A stretch of 64,000 bases of DNA from Lingula anatina (lineage: Eukaryota; Animalia; Brachiopoda), in NCBI GenBank assembly GCA_051362555.1, contig CM120648.1, positions 19,774,587 through 19,838,586 on the forward strand, given 5' to 3'. How positions within the stretch are numbered: the stretch's first letter is position 1; the number at the start of each line of letters is the position of its first letter. Below are positions 38,943 through 49,432 of this stretch, piece after piece. The position numbers and the translations under genes are program-made. The notes under the pieces were generated by a model. It made no database searches and had not been told where the DNA came from. It saw nothing but the letters and a program-made list of their open reading frames with translations.

Positions 38943-38985
<43 letters not shown>

Positions 38986-39025
38986 AAATAAAATAAAAAT
39001 AAATAAAAATAAAATAAAATAAAAA
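38938..39025. repeat. (AAAT)n/(AAAAT)n microsatellite
   Basis: Direct inspection. Confidence 0.9.
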
Positions 39026-39159
39026 TCACTGTTACAGGTGATAATTGTGATGAGAAATATTAGTTTTACGCATATCTATTTTATCTGATATTAAATTATT
39101 ATTTTCCAGTTACCTTTGTACGGCATTTCTTTTGCGCGTCTATAGTTTTGCTATAAAAA

Positions 39160-39262
39160 AAATACCGGAAGTCGTGTTGCGCAAAGGATTATGGTCTATA
39201 TGAATGAGGCGCCATTTTCTTCAACAACCAGGAAGTAACAGGACGGAGATTGTGGGATAATG
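39160..39262 (+). promoter_or_regulatory. Probable core promoter of the NHL-ROCO gene
   Basis: ETS CCGGAAGT 39165 and CAGGAAGT 39229, YY1 GCGCCATTTT 39209, ZNF143-like GATTGTGGGATA 39248, all 160-250 nt upstream of the ATG. Confidence 0.6.
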
Positions 39263-39417
39263 TTGAACATATTTGACAAAGAAAGAGATATGATCTGACC
39301 GACTTGTAGGTATATGAAGCAAGTGTTTATGTTACTGTGATCTCCAAGCTGCAGCACCAGAAGTGAACATAAAGTTTAGCAATCACTGACAGAAATATTA
39401 CAGGATCTACTGTCGGA

Positions 39418-40351
39418 ATGGAAGCCATGTTAGGGCAGTCTAGACGAGGTGTAAATCCAAGATCAGGACAGGTGACAGTACAGACACAACCTCCATTAGC
39501 TGAACAGGAAACAAATACAACATCAGCTACACATCCTCATGTTTTCTTAGACAAGGCAGAATGTGTGCGTTCCTTCAGTCCTAAACTGGAAGATGATAGA
39601 GAAATACCTGACATAACTGGGTTAGCCATAGATAAGGAACACATGTTTGTTGTGGATAATAAAAACCACCGAACAAAAGTATTCACACATGAAGGACAAT
39701 TTAAGTTTGACATTAAAGTAAACTATCCATGGAATGTGGCTGTGTCACAGACTGGTCACCTGTATATAACATCACTGGGTGACCGATGTGTCCAAGTGTA
39801 CTCCACCAGAGGTCAGCAGGTGACAACCATGGGTCAGGGTCTACTGAAGTATCCACAGGGTATTACACTGAACAGACAAGGTCATGTGATGGTTAGTGAC
39901 GGAGGAAAGAATTCCATCTTCACATTCCATGCAGACAGTGGACAGCTCCTGAACACTATTCCACTCAGTATGTGTAAATACCCAGAGTACATCACAGTGA
40001 ACAGTGTGAATGATAACATTGTGATATCAGACGTGTGGGGACACTGTGAATATGTGCTGTCACCTACTGGTGATCATCTGTACCAGTATGATGGCAGCAG
40101 AGAAGGCAGTGAACTGAGGTATCCACGTGGAGTGTGCACAGACAGCTATGGTCACATCTTCATTGCTGACTATGGTAACTACAGGATAGTGGCACTGAGT
40201 CCACAGGGACAGTTTATCAGATACATTGTCACTAAGGATGATGGGTTGTGGCGTTCCAGGGTAGTAGTCATCAACCCTGCTACTGGTCAGCTGGTGGTGG
40301 CAGAGACAGCGGGCAATGTTAAGACATTCACGTACATTGAACTGAAACAAG
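39418..40351 (+). CDS. NHL-Roc-COR gene exon 1: six NHL repeats (beta-propeller)
   Basis: Six blades, e.g. PWNVAVSQTGHLYIT, PQGITLNRQGHVMVSD, PRGVCTDSYGHIFIADYGNYRI. Ends AAG|GTGAGT, phase 1. Confidence 0.92.
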
Positions 40352-41171
40352 GTGAGTAACATGTATTAACTGTGGATAGATATGATTATTATGTAAAATA
40401 TTTGAAAGTTAATTAGTCTTACAATGTTTTTATCCATGAATATGATTGCCTTTATTTCAATAAAAAAAACTTTTTAAGCATATTTAAATTCAGTGAGCAC
40501 ACAGCTGTGCTTTAGTAAAAATGTATGTAGAGTGGAGACATTTTCTATAGTTAATACTTTACTGTTACTGACAAATTTCCATGAACCCATTAGTGATTAG
40601 GATTTTGAATAAGGATGAAGAACTCTTTTTAATGGAATTTATAGTATGCTTCATTTGTATTTTTATTAAGTCAGAAGAAAAACATCTTACATTGTTTAAT
40701 CCCTGAACTTCTTGTCCATATGTCAGTGAAGAACAACTCAAGTCTCACAACAGAACAGTCCAATTCTTCATATTCTTCATCTTGTAGCTGTTCATGAAAG
40801 CTTAGATATACCTATAAATTCTCAAATGTACTTTGTCAACTTTCTCGATGCCTTACCACTTCTAGATTCAAAGACATTTCATCACCAGTTTGTTGCACAC
40901 AAATAAATTAAATGTTGAAGTACTTTGGATGATACCTTATTTTCCTGACTTTGTGGATTGTTCTTTGCAAATAAAACTAGCAGACGAGCATTTTTCATGA
41001 AATGGAACTACTTTTCACAGGAAGTAGTGTATTCATACACAACAGTGACCTTGGGTTTGGAATACAAAAAAATAGTACATGCATTCATACTGTCACAGCA
41101 TGCAAATTATAATGAAATATACAAAACTAAACACATTTTTATGTAACACAAAAAGTTAAATGCATTTTATT

Positions 41172-41277
<106 letters not shown>

Positions 41278-42382
41278 CTGGATAAAAATGTTGATGAAAT
41301 GGTTTTGACCACCTTTTTGGACTTTTTAAACTTCATGCTGATGGACCCACATATTTATGTCTAGGTCCCAGACCAAATCTAGTCCCATGCATAAAAAGCC
41401 CAGACCCCATGTTTATTACGCCCTGACTGGGCCCATTCTTAATGGTGTTTGTTTTGTTAACAGCATAGTGGGCAAGTTAATTGACCAAGTTAATTGGCCA
41501 AGCTGCCAGTTTGTTTGTATGGCATGTGCAGGGGATGTCTTATAGAATAATAAAATCAGACAGAATATGCTGTGATTCCTAAATAAAATAGATGGGGGGG
41601 GGGGGGGGGGGTAGGAGACACCAAGGGGCTCATGATTATAAATACCATATAGCATTAATAATGATGGTTACATCCCAGATATTTTGCTCCTATGAACAGT
41701 GTCTTTGATATCAGTCTATCGGCAATCTCCAATCATAAATTGTTAATTTATCAGACACTTGTAACATTAACCACATTTAATTGTTCACCCTGATTGTGAA
41801 ACAGCCGTTTGCCCCAGATGTACTTAGTCTTCTCCAAATTAAAAAAAAAATATGGATGTTGATAAAATTTATTCTGAACAGTCTATAAGCCAGGCAGATT
41901 CAGTACAATGGCATATGTATTTATAGGTTGATAAGTTATTAAATAAAGAAAAAAAAAACTTCATGTAATAATCATAATAGTGATACATAATACATGTATG
42001 ATGATACATTTCACCACATTATGATGCAAACACCATCAAATGGAAACAAAAATAAACTTGTTATTAAACCAACTCAACAAATGTTTGTGCCAAGCAGATA
42101 TTTAGCATTGTACAATGTACATGTATTTCAGGAACTGCTCAGAATTATGCTGATTGCCATTTCAATTCTAAATTAAACAAACATCAACGTTGCCTACAAA
42201 ACTGATACAACTGCACCAAATATCTCTTGCTATATGAAATACTTGTTGAAATGATGTTTTCAATAGAACTTATATTTTGTTTCATTTTTTTATTTAATCA
42301 TGAGAAAAACATTCTAAAATGTTTAATCCCATTTCTTAGTATTATCATTATGCTTCACATATATATCAAGGCTGTTGCAATG

Positions 42383-43600
42383 TTTTTTTATGTACAGACA
42401 CAGATGTGTCTGTACATATAGCCATCATCTGCATCTGTCGTCGCCGTCGCCGTTGGCGTGCACTTAACCGTAAACACGATAAGTGAAAAGCCATTTTACC
42501 TTTTGGCTTGAAACTTACAGAACTGATGAATATTCATAATACGCCGGTCAAGTTTGAAAATCAGCATGATCGGGCCATTTTTAGGGAAGTTATGCTTTTT
42601 TTTCACTTTTTTCAGCATATATGCAACACCGTAAACACGATAAGTGAAAAACTGTATTACATTTTGGCTTGAAACTTACAGTACTGATGAATATTCATAA
42701 TACGCCAGTTAAGTTCGAAAATCAGCATGATTGGGTCATTTTTAGGAAAGTTATGCTTTTTTTTTCACTTTTTTCAGCATATATGCAACACCGTAAACAC
42801 GATAAGTGAAAAACTGTATTACATTTTGGCTTGAAACTTACAGTCCTGATGAATATTCATAATACGCCGGTTAAGTTCGAAAATCAGCATGATCGGGTAA
42901 TTTTTAGGGAAGTTATGCTTTTTTTCACTTTTTTCAGCATATATGCAACACCGTAAATACGATAAGTGAAAAACTGTATTACATTTTGGCTTGAAACTTA
43001 CAGTACTGATGAATATTCATAATACGCCGGTTAAGTTCGAAAATCAGCATGATCGGGTAATTTTTAGGGAAGTTATGCTTTTTTTTCACTTTTTTCAGCA
43101 TATATGCAACACCGTAAACACGATAAGTGAAAAATTGTATTACATTTTGGCTTGAAACTTACAGAACTGATGAATATTCATAATTCGCCAGTCAAGTTCG
43201 AAAATCAGCATGATCGGGTAATTTTTAGGGAAGTTATGCTTTTTTTTCACTTTTTTCAGCATATATGCAACACCGTAAACACGATAAGTGAAAAATTGTA
43301 TTACATTTTGGCTTGAAACTTACAGAACTGATGAATATTCATAATTCGCCAGTCAAGTTCGAAAATCAGCATGATCGGGTAATTTTTAGGGAAGTTATGC
43401 TTTTTTTTCACTTTTTTCAGCATATATGCAACACCGTAAACACAATATAAGAAAAACAGATAGGCCAATTGTCATTGTACTCACAGGAGTGGTCAATCTT
43501 ACTAAAATGCAGGTTGAGTTCAAAAATCAGTATAATAGGGCCATTATTTTAGGAGTTATGCTGTTTTTTCACAATTCCTCAGATTCAATTCTTAGGCATG
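42383..43600 (+). mobile_element. Helentron-associated element (HINE/DINE-like) with central satellite
   Basis: T-run, perfect 13-bp hairpin TATGTACAGACAC-AGAT-GTGTCTGTACATA (42389-42418), CGTCGC microsatellite, then about 161-bp tandem repeats. 3' end not resolved. Confidence 0.7.
42468..43445. repeat. About 161-bp satellite, 6 copies plus a partial
   Basis: ACCGTAAACACGATAAGTGAAAA recurs near 42468, 42628, 42790, 42950, 43111, 43272 and 43433. Confidence 0.95.
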
Positions 43601-44616
43601 TTAATAGTCTCATAATTGAACTATTAAGAAATGTAATAGTGTTTGTTTGATATTTCCTGCATCTTTACAACATTTTTAGCTGATTATGTAAAAATGATGG
43701 TAAACTTGTTATCGTGTATTGTGTAATAAAGTGTCAAAAATGGAAATAAACTCATATCATTGCAGTTTGTCAGATGCATTCATCCACTATGTTCAGAATC
43801 TCAGAATGGAGGAAGTTGGACATTTAACACTGTTCTATTGATACTTTTTCCATCTCATCAATTTTCTTCATTGGTCATATAAAAATGGCAGTAAACTGTT
43901 TATTTTGTTTTATGTTAAAATAGTGTTAAAAATGGAAATAAACCCATTTCAGAACAGTGCTGTCTTGTTTACATTTTGGCATTTTCAATATGTGACTTTA
44001 AAGTTCCATGGGCCTGAAGACTTTTGCTAGTCACATTTTCTGAATAACCATGATACTAATATTTTATAATTAAAAATTGATGGTCATTATGCTGCAAAAC
44101 ATTATGTAATGTTGCATCAAAATTTGAAGAAACCCCTATTTTGGGCACTGCTCCCATGATGACCATTTAAGGAAAATCATGTCAATTACTGTTCTCAAAC
44201 TTACAGGAAAGAAACATGGGTCTAAAAAACAGCTCCAGTAGACAATGCAGTCTGTTTGGTAAATTTTTCTGGCAATTAAACAGTTTTTTGTGAAAATTTA
44301 ATTTTTTACTTATTGTCATTTCCAAGGTGTGACTTAGAACCTCCACGGGCTTGAAGACCCATGCTAGTCACATTTTCTTAAAATCCATGACAGGTATAAT
44401 TTATTATGAAAAATGGATGGTCATTATGCTGTAAAACATTATGTCATATTGCATCAAAATTTGAAGAAACCCCTATTTTGGGCACTGCTCCCATGATGAC
44501 CATTTAAGGAAAGTCATGTCACTTACTGTTCTCAAACTTACAGGAAAGAAACATGGGGCTAAAATACAGCTTCAGTAGGCAATGCAGGCTGTTTGGTAAA
44601 TTTTTCTGGTAGTTAA

Positions 44617-46778
44617 CCCTCAATCACCTTTCAGGGGCCTCGCAGGCCCGGACCCATGTATCTTTTGCTCTCTCTTCGTTCGCATGAGGTTTTGAGCCTG
44701 TTCCTTTCATGTAATCCTGAAGCAACTTATATCCCATCAATGGATAAATAATTAGTTTTGAAATAATTTACAACATATGTAGAAATTAACTTTTCCAAAA
44801 GTTAGTCCCATTTCCTGGAAACCGGGCCTCTGAGGCCCGGTCCCTTGATAATTTTACTTCCACATGGGATAAATAAGTCCATGTTACCTCAAATAGCTTT
44901 ACTATAAAATGTTTTACACAAGCAATATCATGTGTGCTATGACTATCAGTATGGTCAATGAAATCTGCCTGTGAAAGATTCAAGACCTGGAGAAATTATT
45001 ATTTATGAGTAATCGGTCACCTGATATGCAGATATCAGTTTAAATCTATCATTATTACATACCTGATAGACTGCGCTACCTTTGCGAAACTTTCCATTTT
45101 GAGAAAAAAAAAAAAAAAAAAACACTTTTCTGCATTTTCCATACACAGTGTATACTCATGCACCCAGGTGGAGGTAAAGGGAGCAAGGGACTGGTGTAAC
45201 ATGAAAATCTGACTCCCCCAGTCAGATTTTCATAATGAAAATCTGACTCCTCATGAAAATTTGACTCCCCCACCACAAATGTTCATAAATCTTATTTTAT
45301 TTGAGTATATGACTGTGATATTGTAGTATGTAAAATGGAGGATACTTTGGCACTTTTTTTAAGTTTGCAGGTGAATATTTTCATGAAAAAAATATGAAAA
45401 TTTAAAATGTGCACTTAACCGCCCATTGTCTCCCCTTTGAAAAAGCTATTTATTTGATATTGGATGATCATTTCTACATCTTTCCTTTAAATTTACTTTA
45501 TGAAGATTATATTGGAAATATTTGAAAGTTTGATGGTAAACTATTGGGTGAAAAAACTAAAAACAAACATGAAAAATGGAAAATTAAAAATGTGCATTTT
45601 ATCACCCAATAGCTCCCCTATGAAAAAGCTATTTATTTGATATTTGATGATCATTCTGACATCTTTTCTATTAGGATACTTTATGAAAAATATATTGGAA
45701 ATATTTAAAAGTTTGATGATAAAATAGTGAGTGAAAGAATGAAAAATAAATCATGAAAATCTCCATTTTTATACCCATGAGATTTGGATTCCCATAAAGA
45801 AAAGGACCTATTTTATATTCAGTCACCATACCATTGTTTTCTACATAGTTTGCACAGAGATGTACATTTTGTTATTATTTGAAAGTTTGGTGGTGAAAAC
45901 TTTGGTGAATATTTTTAAAACAAGTATTCATCTTAATACCTGTAGGTTTTGCACTTCCATGTCAAAATGCTACATTTTTAACTCAAGAAATTGGCCCCAT
46001 CGCCTTTTTACTGAATTCTTCTTATATAGCATACCCAGTGTTTTACCATTCAAACTTTCAAATATTTCCAATATATTCTTCATTAAGTATCCTTAAAGAA
46101 AAGATGTCAGAATGATCATCAAATATCAAATAGATAGCCTTTTCATAGGGGAGTCATTGGGTGTTAGAATACAAATCGTTAATTTTTCTTATTTTTCATG
46201 TGTTTTTTTTATTATTTTTTTCACCCAATTTTTTAACCATCAAACTTTCAAGTACTTTCAATATATTCCTCATAAAGTATCCTCAAAGAAAAGATGTCAG
46301 AATGATCATCAAATATCAAATAAATAGCTTTTTCATAGGGGGGTCATTGGGTGTTCTAATATAAATCTTTAATTTTTCTTATTTTTTAATGTGTTTTTTA
46401 TTATTTTTTTTTCACCCAATTTTTTAACCATTAAACTTTCAAGTACTTTCAATATATTCCTCATAAAGTAACCTCAAAGAAAAGATGTTGAAATGGTCAT
46501 CAAATGTCAAATAAATAGCTTTTTATAGGGGAGTCCTTGGGTGGTAAAATACAAATCTTTAATTTTTTTTTTATTTTTTCATGAAAATTTTCACCTGCAA
46601 ACTAACAAAAAGTGCCAATGTGTCCTCCATTATGCATACTACAAGATCATAGTCATTTACTCAAATTAGATTAGATTTTTGAATGTTTTTTGATGGGAGT
46701 CAGATTTTCATGGTACACCGGGCCTCTGAGGCCCGGTTTCAGGGTTTACGTAGGGTTCCATTTCCTTGTGGATGAGGG
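44617..46778. mobile_element. Non-autonomous piggyBac element
   Basis: TTAA TSD at 44613-44616 and 46779-46782. CCCTCAATCAC / GTGGATGAGGG ends. CCGGGCCTCTGAGGCCCGG subterminal palindromes. Empty site seen in sister repeat units. Confidence 0.88.
45195..46717. mobile_element. Ginger-like foldback element nested in piggyBac
   Basis: TGTAACATGAAAATCTGACTCCC / GGGAGTCAGATTTTCATGGTACA ends. Flanks CTGG / CCGG (4-bp TSD, one mismatch). Long inverted arms made of about 185-bp repeats. Confidence 0.8.
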
Positions 46779-47489
46779 TTAAGCAGTTTTTTTGTGAAAA
46801 TTTAATTTTTCACATATTGGCATTTTCAATGTATGACTTTGAAGTTCCATGATCCTGGAGACCTTTGCTTGTCACATTTTCTGAATATGCGTTATACTAA
46901 TATTTTATAATTAAAAATTGATGGTCATTATGCTGTTAAACATTATGTAATATTGCATCAAAATTTGAAGAAACCCCTGTTTTGGGCACTGCTCCCATGA
47001 TGACCATTTAAGGAAAATCGTGTCAATTACTGTTCTCAAACTTACAGGAAAGAAACATGGGTCTAAAATACAGCTTCAGTAGGCAATGCAGTCTGTTTGG
47101 TAAATTTTTCTGGCAATTAAACAGTTTTTTGTGAAAATGTAATTTTTCACATATTGGCATTTCCAAGGTGTGACTTAGAACCTCCACGGGCTTGAAGACC
47201 CATGCTAGTCACATTTTCTGAAAATTCATGACACTTATATTTTATTATTAAAAATCGATGGTCATTATGCCGTTAAGCATTATGTAATGTTGCATCAAAA
47301 TAGAAGAAAACACAATTTTGGGTGCTGCTGCCTTGATGACCATTATGGGAAAACTGTGTTACTTATGACTGTCAAACTTTCAAAAAAGAAACACAGGACT
47401 AAAATGCAGCCTGAGTTGGGAAAGCAGTCTAATTGGCTTCTTTTTCTGGAAGCTATACATTTTAGTGTAATATTCATTATCTTTTTGGC

Positions 47490-48245
47490 ATATTCATTGT
47501 GGGACTCAGAGCTCCCATGGACATGAAGCCGAATGGTAATCATATTTTCTACATGTCCATCCTATTTATAGTCAATAAACAAAAATTGGTGATAATTATT
47601 CTCTAATTTATTATGTAATGTTACATCAAAATTGACAACAATCTTTTTGCACTGCTACTGCAAACATTATGAAAAGAAAACTGTGCGACTCATTATCATT
47701 TTTAACTTACAAGTACGATTTTTAGGATTGGCCTTCAGCTCATATGAGAAAACCAGCTCTATTGGATTATCATTTTTATTGAATTTATGCATTTTTTGTG
47801 AAATTTTCATTTTTCTCATTCTGGCACTTTCTAAGTATAAACTTGAACTCCGATGGGCCTGAAGCCTTATGCTTTTAATTTCATCTGTGTTACCTGTTGT
47901 GCATAAGTTGATGTTGACTGTGCAGTTAAACATAATGTATTATTGCATCAGGATTGGTAGTCTCCTATTTTGGGCATTATGGTTTTGTGCTTTTCTTAAA
48001 GTGTGACTTATGGGCCTAAAGACCTTTGAGTGGGTCAGTCTGTAAATTACCCTTGGGTATCACTAGATTAATTTCAGAGTTATAAAGTCATTTGCCTTAA
48101 TAGGCCATTAAATGAGATTACATAAAGCACACTTGTTGATATTTCCCTGTAAACTCCCAAAGGTAAAGCTCTCTGCTAGAATAATAATAAGGAAGCAGTG
48201 ATAATTATGCAGGTAAATTTTATTTAATATTGCAAATAAGTTTTA

Positions 48246-48297
<52 letters not shown>

Positions 48298-49155
48298 ATA
48301 TATATCAAACTGGAAGATTAAAAGTTTGAATAGCATCTTCATTGGAATTATATTTACCTCAAGCTCTGCCAAGGAGGTCATATTTTCACCCCCGTTTGTC
48401 TGTCATCCACATAACACAAAAAGTTATGGACTGATTTTGCAGAAATTTTCAGGAACTGTCGGAAGTGGGCCAAAGAGGACAATGATTAATTTTTGGTGGT
48501 GGTCTGGAACAATAATCAATCAATTATCAATAATAATCAACAATTGCTGCCTTGACAGAGGTCTGCACTCTCAAAGTGCTTTTCTAGCTTTGTTATGTTT
48601 TCCTTTATAATTTTTTCTCAAACACTTGCATTTGTGACTTTTAACTCTCATCTGCCTGGGGCTCTGCACATTTTCTGTATTTCCACATAAGCAGTTGTAT
48701 TGTTTTTTATGTCTTTAAACATTATGTAATATTATTTTATGCACTGTCATCATTTTTCAAATATTGAGAGTTTCATAATGTGAATTTGAACTCTCATGGT
48801 CCTGAAACTGTAATTTTATTGAAGGGGTGGACCATCTTCTGGGTCTTCCTGAAGACAGTCAGGTTATTAAGTTTATATTGACTGGTATCTATTTTTTTCT
48901 GTTGGAAGACCATCAAAATGGAGGATGGATCAACATAGATACTTTGTAATACTGTCAGAAAATATCTCTGGGTCCGCTCCTGTTATTGACCATGTTACCT
49001 GTTGTGCAAGATTAAAATTCAGTGTTGACTGACAGTGCTATTATAAGCATTATTTATTATTGCATCAAAATTGACAAAATGACCTTTTTTGCATCTTTAT
49101 TTTCTGTTTTTTGTCTGTACATTTGACAGCTTTGCTGCCTTGTTTTTTTTTTTAA
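47490..49155 (+). repeat. Intronic block R, copy 1
   Basis: Collinear with 53945-55329 plus 60011-60040, e.g. GTTGGAAGACCATC..AAAATGGAGG and CCGCTCCTGTTATTGACCATGTTACCTGTTGTGCA. Confidence 0.85.
48353..48590 (+). mobile_element. Short Helentron-type HINE
   Basis: CTCTGCCAAGG / CCTTGACAGAG sub-TIRs, GTTTGTCTGT microsatellite, 3' hairpin GCACT-CTCAA-AGTGC then CTAG. Absent from the paralogous block near 54770. Confidence 0.8.
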
Positions 49156-49432
49156 CTAATAAGCAAAATCTCTTACACTGCTACAGCACATCATCTACTA
49201 GCTACAATTTTTACATCTGATGGTTTTTAAATTAAAACTTACTGTCCCTGTGATTCATCAGCTGAGATTTTTTTTTTTTTTGAATAAGTCATATTGTGTA
49301 ATATTATTCTGTGTTGTTGTTAAAGGGATAACAACTGTTTGTATGATATCCATATTTACTAATAAATATATTGTAAACAACTCATAAAAATATAACAAAT
49401 TATGTTTTACCACTAAAATGGCAGTCAACACA

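Larger units (their letters stand above)
43973..47490. repeat. About 338-bp intronic tandem repeat, 4 units A-B-A-B, interrupted by piggyBac
   Basis: Unit starts near 43973, 44311, 46816 and 47153. Degenerate copies continue to about 49100. Confidence 0.85.
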
